Under the pieces are notes generated by a model. The model saw nothing but the letters and a program-made list of their open reading frames with translations. It was not told where the DNA came from and searched no databases. DNA of 63,206 bases, filler included, from Ministeria vibrans ATCC 50519 (lineage: Eukaryota; Protista; Filasterea): the NCBI GenBank assembly GCA_943704425.1. It is 4 parts of 4 records of this genome, joined end to end, with 100 filler letters (N's around TTAATTAATTAA, not from the genome) between each part and the next. Parts side by side here need not be neighbours in the genome. Positions count along the whole stretch, not along the records: positions 11,829 to 27,412 come from CALSCP010002326.1; 3 more parts are not named here. One strand, 5' to 3'. Both the position numbers and the translations under genes were made by a program. This document shows positions 12,381 through 25,800 of this stretch, in pieces. Each line of letters starts with the position of its first letter. The first letter of the stretch is position 1.

Positions 12381-12758
12381 ATGTCACGCTACCTGTCTGT
12401 GTATAGAACTGTTTTACGTCTGCACCGCCAGATTGATCCGAGGATGCGAATGCTCGGCGACGTGTTTGCGAAGGAGGAGTTCCGCCGACATCGCACGGCC
12501 GACAAGGAAACGCAGCAGCACTTTCTGCAGACGTGGCAGGCATACATCCAGCAGATAGAGTCGCAAGTGCAGCAACAGACTGAGGTGGGAACAAGCCTTG
12601 CGAGCGACGTGGTCGAAGAGTTGCCAGACGATCGCGTTTTACAACTCGCACTGTTACGAGACGAAATTCGCCAGCCCGGCTCGGTTGTGGGCGATGCGCT
12701 TCCGTCGGGGACAAACCCTTCCAAGTCACGACACGCAAAGCAGCCGGCGAAGAAGTGA
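12381..12758 (+). CDS. SDHAF3: Succinate dehydrogenase assembly factor 3 (ACN9, LYR family)
   Basis: VYRTVLRLHR...LGDVFAKEEFRRHR...FLQTWQAY matches the ACN9 pattern. Confidence 0.85.
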   Translation: MSRYLSVYRTVLRLHRQIDPRMRMLGDVFAKEEFRRHRTADKETQQHFLQTWQAYIQQIESQVQQQTEVGTSLASDVVEELPDDRVLQLALLRDEIRQPGSVVGDALPSGTNPSKSRHAKQPAKK

Positions 12759-12829
12759 CGTTTGCCAGCGACGCTGCTAACCCTTTGTACATGTGTTGTA
12801 AACCCTTTTTTTTTTCATTGCGTTTGTTA

Positions 12830-13891
12830 CTACTGAACGTGCACGACAGTGTCATGCTCGCCAACACGAACACGCCATTCGCCAGGCACCACAGACCATT
12901 GTCCCTTGGCGTCCGCAAATGTAAAGTCGCGCGCATTGAGGTCAAAGGTGATCTTGCGAGACTCGCCGCGCTGTAGATGGACACGCTCGACTCCGCGAAG
13001 AGACTTGAGGGGTGCACCGTCCTGGCCCGGGTGTGGCGGCACAACGTAAAGCATGACAACATCGTCGCCGGCGCGATCTCCCGTGTTGGTCACCTCCACA
13101 GTGTGAGAAGTCATGGGCGCCAGAGTGTGCGAGGGGCGGTACGTGTCGCGAAGGTCGCTCGCGAGGCGCGTCACATTCAGAGTCACTGGAGCGCTCGATG
13201 TCCACTTCTCACTAAACGTCGTGTAGCTACAAAAAAAAAGGAAGAGCAGAGGAAGAAGAAGGAAACAAAAGAAAATGAGACCCTCCCATGTCAGTACTCA
13301 GTAGAGGGGAAAACAGTGGTTGTCGAGCTATTGTCTTCGCTTACCTCAGACCATGACCAAACTCAAAGACAGCCTCGCCCGTGTAAAAACGATACGAGTG
13401 TCCGGGGTTGCCTGAAGAAGCATTGGGGCGCATTCCCATGTCTGAAGGAGCACACAAAAAGTATAAAGGAATGGAAGAAAAAAAGATATAAAAACATACC
13501 AAACTCGGTAACCTGGTCGGCAAAGGCAGCGGGGTAGACGGTGTGAGGGAGACGGCCACCGGGGTTGTACGCGCCAAAGAGCACGTCCGCCATAGCCTCG
13601 CCACCAGACTGACCGGGATAGCCTGAAAATCGTGTTGGTGTGAGACGCACACACACACAAAAAGAGTGCATTACCGACATAGAAGATGGCGTCCACATTG
13701 GGATTAGCCTTGACCTTGGACATGTCGACGGGACCGCCCGACATGACCATGACAGCCACAGGGCCCTTGGCTGCACCTGCGACAGCCGCGATGAAGTCGT
13801 CTTGCACCCCCGGAAACGACAGAATCGTACGGTCGTGTCCTTCGCTCTCCTAGAAAAACAAGAAAAAAAAAGAATTATTATTATTATTATT

Positions 13892-13979
<88 letters not shown>

Positions 13980-16900
13980 CAAAAAAACAACAAAAAATGC
14001 TTGAGGCAGCAATAAGGGCTCACTTGATGTTCGTCAAGACCAACAACAATAACAGTGGCGTCGGAGGTGCGCGCAAGATCCTCGGCAGCCGCAAAGCCAC
14101 TCTTGTCAGTGCCAGCAATAGAACAGCCCGCCGCGTACTCGGCATGAGTGTACTTCCTGCGGGCGAGAAAGAAAAACCAATAAGCAACAAGAACAAACGC
14201 AGGTGGGAGAAGTCACAAGACAAAGTGCTCAATGCGTACTGGATGCCAGCAAGAGGTGAAATAAGGTAAGGAGCCGTGCCCTGGTAGTTGCCCTGCAGCA
14301 GGTTGGTCGCATTGCCGGAGGGTCCCACCACAGCCACACTCGCAATCTAAGAACACCACAACAGTAAAGCAATCAGAAAAAAAAACCAACCTTATTTCAA
14401 GGCATGACACGAAGAACTATCTCCTACCTTGGGCTGATCGAGAGGAAACTTTCCGTTGTTCTGGAGAAGAACCATAGACTGGCGCGAGGCAAAGAGAGCA
14501 AGCTGTTGATGCGCTGGGGTGTTGACGTGCGTCTCGTTGAGCATCTTGTAAGGCTGCATCGAGAAGGGGTCGAACATGCCCAGACGGAACTGAGACAACA
14601 ATACAAAAAGAGAAAAGCAAAGTCATATGTGTGAGCCAACGAAACCAAAAAAAAAAAAAAAAAAAGAAACAAAAAAGTGCTGCACCTGAATCATAAAAAG
14701 GTTAAAGAGAGCGGTGTCGATGGAGTCCATGGCGACGGTGTGGTTAGAAAGGGCATCACCCAAGTGCTGATCGAGGAAACTACCACAGTCAATGTCCATG
14801 CCGGCGGTGAGTACATCGTTGCACGTCATGCCCTCCGTGGGCGCGTATTTGTGCGTCGAGTACACGTCCGCCACTGCAAAAATTATTTAAAATAACATTA
14901 TTATTGCGTTTGTAGAAAAAAAAGAAAACGAATTTAAAAAAGCAAACAACTGAAAAGTCCAAAACTCACCGGCGCCACAGTCACTGGTGGTGTACACTTC
15001 TGCGCCCCACGTGTTGCGCAGAATGGTCGTGAGAATCTCTTTGTTTGCGCACGACGGCACACCATTGACCGAGTTGTAGCTAAACGAGAATTTTCAGTGA
15101 CCAATCTGGTACACACAAGACATAAATACACGCAGTCACCAAGTCACACACAAACATACACAATAACAACTACACAAAATCACACACACAATCCGACAAT
15201 CAAACAAAGAAAGCTAATCGCAAACGGTGAGGTAAGTGCCACTCAGTGAGCTAATCGCAAACAGTGTTACCAATACATACCGCAATAAACAGAGAGATGA
15301 TCGAACACAGTGATACCAATAAACAGAGACACGATCGAACAACGATCGAAAACAAAGATACAAATATAATCGCACACACACATACACGCAATCAGACAAA
15401 AATACAGAAACACGTACCTGCACATCACGCCGGAAGCCTTGCCACGCACAATTCCCGCCTCGAAAGCCGGAAGGTAGGTGTCTATTCAAAAGAATAAATA
15501 ATTAATAGAATTAAGAAGAACAATGTGGCGCGAGGAAGGTAGGATACCAGTGGAGTCTTGAGCGGTCACCATGGCGTCAAAATGGTGACGGTCAACGCCA
15601 TGCCAGTTCTCCAAGTTGTACGCGTAGTAATGTTTCAGACATGATGAGACCTACAAAAACCACAACGATGGTTCAACTGAGGTGTGCACAAAAGTAAACA
15701 CTGAGCGACATACGCGAAGGTAGCGATCGCCGTCGTTTCCCTGCATTCCCGACGCAAACTCAGTGGCGTACTCGCCATTCCAGTAGGGATCCTCGCCGGC
15801 AGTTTCTTGATTGCGGCCCCATCGCGGGTGCACCTGTAGATTGATCTGCGTGGCCCAAAGCAACGAAAAAAGAAAAACAAAAATAATTAATAATCATAAT
15901 AATTAATAAATGTCTCGTTTCAAATGTGACATTACGTTGGGCGCCCAAAAAGTCAGTCCAGCCTGGCCCAGGTTGTTCATAGCACGCCCTTCGGTGCTAA
16001 TCACTGTCGCCATTTCGTGAATAAGCGTTCGGTTAAAAGCAGCGCCCATTCCAACAATTTGAGGGAACGACCTGCAAATAATTATAACAAATTAAATTTA
16101 TTATTAGTATATTGATCATGTAGAGTCAGTCACGTTCGTTTTGTCATACGTAGCGGCTTTGACCTTGCCACCAAAGCTGACGCCTGGCGAGTGACCTACA
16201 CCATGGAGAGCTTCGCTCCACCACTGATACGAGGGAATGTTGAGACGCGGCACACCCTTGGCACCGTTGGCAAACAGACCCAGCTTCTCCTCGGTGGTGA
16301 GTCGACCAACAAGATCGCGGACACGAACGTCACGGGGAAGAGTCAAATCACAGAACGGGAGGGCTTGGCCATCGCAAGGAGATGGCTTGGCATGTTGTCC
16401 TCCGTCGAGGCACAAATTACCCTTGCCGAGCTTCAGCGTCCCCGCCAGTCCATCCACAACCCACTGCTGCCGTTCGTTTCCACTCTGGCATGTGTCAATT
16501 TCAACGGCCGAGCCGGCGGCGGCGACCGCGGCTGTCAAACACTTTCCCGACATGTCGGATGTGATGCGACCGTCAGAGTGTACAGTCCAAGCTTCGTTCT
16601 GATGCTCGGGACGAGTGTCTTCAGGGTGGCACGGGCTGTACAACCAAACGGCGCTACCGTCGGTCGTGCCGTAGTCGTCGATGTCAACACACGCGCCAGT
16701 CTGGTTGAACACAATTTGGCTGGATAGCGAGAATGTCAACAAAGCAAACAAACGAACGAACGACTCGTCGACGACAGAAGAAGAACCGCAGAAGAGAAGG
16801 GCTTCTCAGTACCACGCCAATTATTGCAACACGGTCAAAAGCAAAGAGAAAGCCAAAGGGGAACAGCGAGGAGAGAGCACAAAAACAACAGAATGAAAAA

Positions 16901-17133
16901 AAAACATAAAAAGATCGCATTGGAACAATACGCCATGCGGCAAGTGGCATGCGGAGTGGCTGTCTCTGTCGCTCCCTGCTTTGTTACTGGTAGTGGTCGG
17001 GGAGCACAGTGAAGACTTGGTCGGATGAGCCAGGCTGACAGGTCCACACTGAGAGTTGCGCACCGTCGCCATGCACACATCCGCTCAGCGCCGCAAACAC
17101 GGCCAGTCCCAAGAGGAAGACGCTGTTCTTCAT
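12830..17133 (-). CDS. Secreted GH3 beta-xylosidase with N-terminal ricin-B lectin domain and C-terminal Fn3-like domain, many introns
   Basis: Signal peptide [10 protein letters not shown]; ricin-type NEAW/QQW repeats; [39 protein letters not shown] (nucleophile), [28 protein letters not shown]. Confidence 0.9.
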
Positions 17134-17753
17134 GATGAGCAAGTTTGCAAGCGAAAAAGAAAGTGAGATGACTGAGTTATTCGGAAGCCTGATTTCCAAG
17201 TCCTTTCCAAGCAAGGTCAATAAACAATAAAAATTTCACAAATTTATTTATTTTACTCAACTAATCAACTTTCATGAATCACATTTGAGTAGTGTCTGGC
17301 CTGTCTGTAAGGAAGACACTCAGGACAGCTGACAGCTCTCGATCATGTTAATATAATTATTTTAATACATATTCTCTCGCATTTGACGATCCCCCAACTT
17401 AAGCCTTCTCACTCTTCGCAGCCCCGCTTCGAAAAAAGACCTATTTTCTTCCGATCAGATTTCCGCAACGAAGGCGGCTATATTACGAACAATCGCAGTT
17501 TATTGTCTCAAGCAAGGGTTTGAAGGGTATTAGAAACTCATCTTGTTTCACACACAACACACACACACAGTTTTATTTAATCTCCTCTCCGTAATCGAGG
17601 AAAAATCAGAATCCACAATATTTTTAATTAAGTAATTCCCTAGGGCAGAATCCATGCTTTTGTATGGATTCTGGGATTTTTTGTGTGGGTTCCTGGGGCG
17701 CGAATTTAAACTTCACTGCCACCAAGTTTCTTGATCAAATATTATTTATAATT

Positions 17754-17975
17754 GAAGAAGAAGAATACAACCCATTTATTTATAATTGAACGCAAGCATT
17801 GAGCTGACAAAGTATGGATTTTAGGATTACTATTAATTATTACTAATTAGAAGAAGAAGAATACAACCCATTTATTTATAATTGAACGCAAGCATTGAGC
17901 TGACAAAGTATGGATTCTAGGATTACTATTAATTATTACTAATTAGAAGAAGAAGAAGAATACAACCCATTTATT
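17754..17975. repeat. ~96-99 bp tandem duplication bounded by LINE 3' tails
   Basis: (GAA)nTACAACCCATTTATT recurs at ~17754, ~17850 and ~17946 with near-identical intervening sequence. Confidence 0.85.
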
Positions 17976-18570
17976 AATGATACAGTCACCACGCGAAGAC
18001 ACAGCCAGACCGCCTTGCAAACTCGACCGAAACTCTAGAGGTAACATGGGAGAACAGTGGCAGGTCATAGTGCTGTGTCGACGCTATCCAGTGAGGCAAT
18101 CGCAATGGTACGCCATACCCCCAGAGGAGGCTTAGGGCTCTGACACCATGAAGGTGTCTGTCGGCAAGGAGTGTAAAGTCGAAGTCGTGGTTGAGGCAAT
18201 CGGATCGGTGGTCGGCGGCGGCAAGTCCAGGTGGCTGCGGGGCGCTCACGTGGTACACAGGCGGGGCGGGTCGGCTGTAGGGCGGCTGGTGTGCTTGTTG
18301 TCGTGACTGTGTGTTAGATTATGAGGATAGATATNNNNNNNNNNNNNNNNNNNNNNNNNNNNNNNNNNNNNNNNNNNNNNNNNNNNNNNNNNNNNNNNNN
18401 NNNNNNNNNNNNNNNNNNNNNNNNNNNNNNNNNNNNNNNNNNNNNNNNNNNNNNNNNNNNNNNNNNNNNNNNNNNNNNNNNNNNNNNNNNNNNNNNNNNN
18501 NNNNNNNNNNNNNNNNNNNNNNNNNNNNNNNNNNNNNNNNNNNNNNNNNNNNNNNNNNNNNNNNNNCAGT

Positions 18571-18601
<31 letters not shown>

Positions 18602-18820
18602 GGCTGTGGGATGGCTGCGCACGCCCGACACCGGAACGTGTCGACCGACGCGCCGGCGGGGATGTTGAAGCGCGCAAAGGCTGGGCCCGCCATGCCCCAG
18701 CTGATGCAGGTGGTGCCCGTGATGAGTGCGTTGCAGCGCAGCAGTAGCAGCACTTGCCCCGATCTCTTCGGCATCTTGCTCAGGTACTTGGATGTGCTCA
18801 GTGGGTTGTACCTCCTGTCT
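17946..18820 (-). mobile_element. 5'-truncated non-LTR retrotransposon (LINE) with 13-bp TSD and (TTC)n tail
   Basis: Flanked by the direct repeat TTATTACTAATTA (17933-17945 and 18821-18833). The minus strand encodes KYLSKMPKRSGQVLLLLRCNAL...CRAC (ORF2 C-terminal zinc-knuckle region). The 3' end is AATAAATGGGTTGTA(TTC)n. Internal N gap. Confidence 0.7.
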
Positions 18821-19850
18821 TTATTACTAATTAGAAGAAGAAGAATACAACCCATTTATTTATTTTATTACTAATTAAAAAATAATAATTGTGGATCCTG
18901 ATTTTTCCTCAGGAATCATCGTAAATAATTACTAGATTTTTTTCTTTCAATTCGCCGCGAAGAAAAGACAAAAACTTTATTTTCACCTGACAAAAACGCA
19001 CGCTTCTCAACTCTCAAAGTAAGAAAAATACATATACAAGGGTTGTGTGACTTGTATGTGTCTGTTGCGGAGGTCGGCGGGGGATGGGATGCGCGGAATG
19101 TCCCTCACAAAAAGAAAACAAAAATGCAAGAACGCAAACAATTGCGCGTACGTGAAATCGCCTTCAAATTTCTGCCTGCTATATGACGCATTGAATGCAG
19201 AAGTTGTGTGTGTCTGTTGGCGGAGGTCGGCGGGGGATGGCGCGCGCAGGATGTATTCTCGTTTTCATCACAAGAATAAACGAAAACGAGCTCGGCTCTT
19301 TTTTATTTTGGCGTGTGTGGTGATTTTTGCTTCTTCCCGTGCTGCGACTCTCGCCACAACATTTTTTGCATACGCCCAATTGGTGTTGTGGTGGGGGACT
19401 TGGTGGCGCCGCGGAGCTGCTCTTTCGCTGCTCTTTCGCTGCTCTTTTTTCGTGTCTGTGCTGCCTTCTTTCTTTTCCCCTTCGCCGCATCATTTCACGC
19501 TTCTGCTTGGCATCGACAGTGCATGACAAACGTTCTTCGATCCATTGTGCAAGTGCGAGTTGTTGCAAAGTCGAGAAATGCTTTCCCAAATCGGGGATCC
19601 CGGAAGGATCCCGCTTTTCTCCCGCTTGCATTCTTCCTCTCGTGCTACCCCCTCTCGCCCCTCCAACGCCAACCATTTTCACGACAACCAGCCGCCTTCG
19701 CGAACACGCTGCCCATGGACTGTCTAGAGGACAAGAACGCGTGTTTCTTAGAGCATGGTCGCGCATAATTTTCATAATTGTCGACACACTCTCACCCATT
19801 CACTCACCCACTCGCACCCATCCACGCACGTACAGGGGACGACGCTCACA

Positions 19851-22800
19851 TGATCATCTCGGAGCACACCACTGATGACGGTGCTCCCAAGGCGTCGCCA
19901 TCTGGCGACAACACCACCAATGTGCAAACGATCGCAGCGCCACCTCCTGTCGAACACGCAACGGGACGCCGCCTCAGCGCCGCAACAAGCTCAAGCACGC
20001 TTCCAACGGCGACCCGCCGCGTGTCAAGCTCAACAGGGAAGCGCAGCAGCATCGGTGTGAAGCGGCGAGCCGAGGATTTCACTTGCAACACCGCCACTCG
20101 CACAACCAACGCGCAGCTGATGATGGCCGTGCGCCAGTCGCATCCCGACACAGCTTCCTCTGCCATCGCTGTGTTCCGCGACTCCATCAGCACTGACGGA
20201 CTGGCACTGCTGCGGCGTGTTGAGTCAACCGCCACTCTCAACAAGCTCCCAAAGCGTATTGCGAAGCCAACAACAAAACTGAAGATGCGGCAGGTCAAGC
20301 CGGACATGTTCCGAGCCTCCAAGCAGCGCGCAGAGGCAGCGCTCGAACGAGCCCGCAAAGAGGAGAGCGATCTTGTGAACTTCATTCGGCAGATGAAGAG
20401 CCAAGGATTCACACGGGAGGACTTGGACAAGGCAGGCAGTGACGGCACCAACGCACTGCACATTGCGGCAAAGAAAAACCTTCCAAACGCGATCAAAGCG
20501 CTTGTGGCCGAAGGTGCAACGGTGGACCTGTGCACGCTGGATGGGCGCACTCCTCTCATTGTTGCTGCACAGCACGGGTGTGCGCTGGCGGCAGCAGCAC
20601 TGATTGAGTGTGGAGCCTTGACTCACTACGCGAGCGAGACTGGAGAGGTGCGCATACGAAATTACGACCAGTAAACACGCTTTAACTCACCATTGCATTT
20701 GCCATGTCATCCTGCAGATGGCACTACACGAGGCCATCAACCGTGGCCACTACGAGAATGCCGAGGCGTTGCTTGCCTCTGGTCACCAGCACATTGACCT
20801 GCGACTCCCGTCGTTCGACGGTGTGAGTGCATTGCACACCGCACTCGCCACCAAGACTGGCCATGATCTCGTGGCATCATGCCGCGTCCTGTGTGCGTTT
20901 GCCCCGGACGTCAACGCGCGCGACAGTGCTGGACTGACACCACTCGAGGTGTGTGCACTGCGTCACACAAAGAATCCTCTGGCGTGTGCAGAGGTTGCGA
21001 ACGCGCACGGTGGCGAGCTACTGCACGACCGAGTGCTCACCGCAGTCAATGCGAAAGGCGAGACTCTGCTGCAGCAGTTCTGGGCAAAGAAGTGCTACGG
21101 TGCAGTTGCAGGCATGCTCAGCCGCAACGCTGACCAGTTTGCCCTGCCGGAAGCGTGGAAGAGCAAGCCGAAGAAGAAGAACACGGAGGCACCTCCACTG
21201 CCCCTTCTGTTCCACCAAGCCATTGACCTGGGTGTGCTTGAGCTTGCACGCCCCTTTATTGACAATGCAATCCGCATGCGTGCTGCTGACAGCTCCATTA
21301 TTGATCTGTGCAAAGCGGCGAACCATGCAGGCATCCACCCTGCTCTCCAGGCGGCGCAGTTGACAGATCCGCTGGTTGTGCGCTACTGGATCGAGATGTT
21401 CATCACGTACAAGACTCCTCTTGAGCAAGTGCGTGTGCCGGCGTCCGTGGCTACCAACGCCAAGGCCGGGTTTACAGGCGAAACCTCCCTTCTGCTGGAG
21501 TTGGTGAAGCGAGGGCACACGCAGGCTGCACTGGCCCTGTGGGACTACTACTGCCGCATGGAGACCCCGATCGACGTGGATGAGCGCGACACGTTGGGCC
21601 GCTCGCTGGTGTTCTACGCAACCTACCGATGGCGCGACAACGACCGCACCCCGCTCCTGCACCTCTTGCTGCGTGCTGGGGCCAACCGCGAGACAACCGA
21701 CAGCTACATGATCACTCCGCTGCTGGCCGCTTGCCGTGCAGACAACTTTCGTGCCGCCATGATGATTTGCAACGTTCCATTTGTGGACGTCTGTGATCAT
21801 CCAGACTACCGGTGGGAAGCAGACGACCTGTACTCCATGCTCCCGTCCGCGCACGTCAATGTGATTGACAATGTTGGCAACAGCCCATTGTTCTACGCGT
21901 GCATGCATGACGACATTTTCCTTGTCGACATCCTCACACGGATGGGTGCCAACGTGGACTACGTGAACCCCGCAAGTTCCTATGGCATGTCTCCACTGCA
22001 CCTTGCTGCACGCATGTCAGAGTACCCCAACTTCCGCATGATCATGCTGTTGCTTGACCGAAACGCCAACCCACGCGTCACCTCTCTTGGCCAACATCCA
22101 GGCAATTCCGTTGCCGACTATGTGTTTATGCGCGAGTTCCTTCTCAAGAAGCGCCCCATGACCACGTTTTTTATCGAGAACTACGGCATGAGCGTGTTTC
22201 GAGCGGAGATTGCTTCACTGGTCGAGCGTGCGCAGGCCTACAATTGGGCGTCGAAACTCAAAGGTGTGCTGTGTTGTGTATGAATCTGTTTTATACACAG
22301 TTTCACTCACGCCCGTAATGTATTTTCTGTCTTTTTGTTGTCTCACCCTGTTTCTCTTGGATGTATATTCTGCCTCTTCTGTCCCTCACTCCCTTGTATT
22401 ATCTCTTTATGTACTTTCTTTCTCCTTTTCTCGCGTAATGTATTTTCTGTGTGCCTCTCACTTCTTTACTATCCTTACGTATTTTCTGTCTCTCTTTGCC
22501 TCTCACTCACTTATTCCTCCCTCTCTTTCTCTCTTGTGTTTGTGTAGACATGGCGGCTAAGCGATTGAGCGTTGCTATGACATCCATGATCACTGGTGCC
22601 ACAGGCGGCATGTACCTTGCGTGGAAAGCGTACAAGAAGATGGGGATGTTGGTGGACGATGAGCGGAAATTCTCGGACAATTTCTTTGTGTCGAGCTACT
22701 ACGCTGCCAGCCAGGTGTGCCCAGACTACAAGGAGAAGGTGGAGCACATTGCATCGGCGGTGTTTGAGCATGGCGGCAAGATGATGAAGAATCTGACGGA

Positions 22801-25800
22801 CGGCATTCTTGTTGTCAAGTCGGCAAAGGCTGCAAAAGTGCTGGCACAGATTGGAGCAAAGGTTGGCATGATGTTTGGAGGCGGGGGAGACGACGGTGGT
22901 GGCGCCACTGACAAGCTGATCAGTGACTTGATTGACAAACTCATTGAGGTGATGGTCTCTGAACTCACGCAGCGCATGGTGGCGTATTTTGACCAGAAGT
23001 ATGCTAGTATGCTCACTACTCAGGTGCGTGATTGTGGGCTTGTGTGTAAATAGTTGGACTCGTGCCACTCTGAGAGTGTAGTTAGAGAAGAGATGATCGA
23101 GTGTCCTAAGGTGTGTAATTGCGTTGAAATTAATATTGTTTGTTTGTTTTGTCTCTAGGGTGCAAAAGCATTGCGACCCCAGTCGGCAGAGGAGGAGGAC
23201 AAGAGGGAGAGTGGTGGTGACGAAGACGCAGTGGAGTGCACCGACGACTTCTGCAAGTATGTGGACAGCATTTATGCCAAGCAATCGACCTTGTTCTTGG
23301 ACGATGTGGTTGCGTTGTGCCCGTACTACGACTTTCTGCAATGGACGACCAACAAGAAGAGTATCTTCTATGGGATGAAGGAGATGGAACAGAAAATGCC
23401 GAAGAAGGGAAAGCTGTTGCGACTGCGTGTTGGTGAGCGGGTAAGAAGAGAGTGTGTGAGTGTGTTGTAATTTTGTGTGTGTGATAAGAGTGAGGGAAGG
23501 ACATTGAAATAAGTCGGTGGTAAGCGGGAAGCAAGAGCGAGTGCGAGTTTTGTGTTGTTGGGTGAAGGGGAGGGGGGGGGGGGGGGGGGGGGGNNNNNNN
23601 NNNGGGGGGGGGGGGAGAGGGAGGCATTGTCTTACTGATAGAGCTAGTCGTTGCGTCTGCGTGGTGGTGAGTGGGTTAGAAGAGCGTGTGCATGGGTGCG
23701 TGTTGAGTGTTGCGTATGCGTTGTTGTGGGTGAAGGAGTGGCACTGACACACAAATGAATCAAGTGTGATGAACAAACAAAAAGTGGCGAAATGTTTTAC
23801 GTGTGTGTGTGTGTGTGTAAAGATAGAGAGTGAATGTGTGTCATGCGGTGCTCCGTGTTGTGCTGGTGTTGTGGGTGAATGAGGACCATAGTCACACTGA
23901 TGAAGTCTCTCTCACTGCTCTTCATTCTTCGAAATTTCCTCTTTTTTGTTGTTTGTTGTTGGTCGCAACTCTTTGTTTTCCTATGCTGTGGGCCAATGCT
24001 AAGCATTGCCATACTGATGAATCTCTTTCACTACGTCTTCGTACCCATCCAATGTTTATCGTATCGTATTTTTGTGACGTTTTACCATTCGGTCAATCTC
24101 AACTTCCCTTGCTTAGGTGTCCCTAAACACTGCAGCCACACCCGAGACTGCTGTGTACAATGTGTTGGCTGATCATGGAAAGAAGGTTGCTGGCCCTCCG
24201 TACATCTTGGAGCACATACACACTCTTGAGCGACAATCTGTGTATCGCGAGCAAGCGTTCAGTGCTGATGTGCATGAACTGAAACCGCGTGGACAAATTC
24301 AGGTACGTGCATGAGTTATGACCAGCTAGCAGTGTGATTTTATTAGTTAGTTGATGAGAGAGGGAGTAGGGAGGGGGGCGGGCACGGTTAAGGATAGGGT
24401 TCATTGTTTATAATTATTAACTTTTAACTTCTTTTTGCATTGTGTGGTGTGAGAGTAAACAGTGTGAGTATTATGGGAGAGGGAGGGTGTGGCACGGTTA
24501 TGGTTGACATTAATTACATATTGTATTAATTTAAATTTTTATTGGATTGTGCTGTGGCAGTGAGTGCTGTTGACATAACTATAGAATTAATCATGAATTC
24601 CATAGTATTGATATTTCCCTCGTTCTCTCTCGTGCACGCACACTTTCGAAATCTAACTCTCTCTTTTTTCTGCACGCACAGGTCACTGCACACTACAAAC
24701 CACTTGAAGAGAAGCTGATTGTGCAGGTGCATGGCGCTATGGGGATCAGCAAGGCAAAGAGCGCAAACAACTATGTGCGGCTGTCGTTTGTGGATGGACG
24801 GCCACGGACAGAGGATGGCAAGGCAGTCAAGGCAAAGCATCTGAAGTCTGACCCCAAAGAAGATATGGGGAAGAAGGTGTTTGTATTCACGAAGTTACCA
24901 CCGGTGCTTCTCTTGCGCACTGTGGTCTGCATTGACTTGCTCAGTGGGCGTCGTGTCGGTGCAAAGACTGTTGGGGGAGTGGCACTTGCGTTGCAACCGG
25001 CCGGTGGCACCAAGAAGCCTCTGTCGCTGGAGCGTGAATGGCTCGACATCTACCAGGAGTACGACATGCCGGAATTTGATGATGAAAATGATGCAGGTGA
25101 GGAAGGCGGCGGCGAGACCGAGCAAGCAGCGTCGGCACTCGTATGGACGGGAGAGTCTGCGTACAAGATATTCGACGAAGGTGCCGGAGCAACCGTTGTC
25201 AAGTTGGTGGAGACACGCATGTCAACGTACTCGTTCCCGACCTTTGGCGCGGCTGAGCTGGCCCCCACGTTCCCTCGCCTGGACTTCACCACACCGTTTC
25301 TGAGCGCTGCAGAGCTCAAGGCAACCGACCGCCTGTGTGATCGCGCTGTCCGCAAAATGGACACGTTGCTCGCAGTGTACTCGAGTCAGCAGGCAAAGCT
25401 TGAGGCCAGCCTGTCGCAGTGTCGCAAGTTCGGGCCCGCTGCACGGTCAAAGACGATTCGCACACTGAAGACAGAGCTAGCCAAGCAGCGCAAGGCAGAC
25501 GCGAAAGCACGGGGGGAGATGCCACCCAAGCTAGATCGCGAGGCGAAAGAGGGACAGGATGTGGAGGATGAGCGTGTGGCTGCGGCACAGTTTGATGGGC
25601 TGCTGCAAGAGCGCACCTACCTTGCTGTGTCTGCAATGGAGCGCCTGCGGTGCCTCACCCTTGTTCAAATGCTCAACGAGTGTCTGTCGCTGGTGGATGC
25701 TGTGACCACCCTCCACAGCACGCTGCCCGTGCATCTGGAGAGCAGTGATGCTCGTCAGCTTGCCACGAAGGTGCAGGAGTTGGCCGTGGAGAAGGCGTGC

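Larger units (their letters stand above)
17597..18910. mobile_element. MITE-like element with imperfect TIRs, carrying nested LINE insertions
   Basis: Left GAGGAAAAATCAGAATCCACAATATTTTTAATTAAGTAAT vs right ATTACTAATTAAAAAATAATAATTGTGGATCCTGATTTTTCCTC (inverted); internal hairpin CAGAATCCAT..ATGGATTCTG near 17647. No clear TSD for the MITE itself. Confidence 0.7.

Noticed and set aside
13870-13980. Poly-Ile/Asn/Leu, (RE)n and (CV)n ORF segments here and near 31620, 36370, 36640, 46040 and 55640
   Set aside because: Intronic or intergenic (AAT)n, (GA)n and (GT)n microsatellites.
17754-18877. Repeat-spacer pattern resembling a CRISPR array
   Set aside because: The spacers are near-identical duplicates, the repeat is a LINE 3' tail with TSDs, the context is eukaryotic and no cas genes are present.
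19590-19615. GGGATCC-CGGAA-GGATCCC hairpin
   Set aside because: Isolated short stem with no supporting structure; may be chance.
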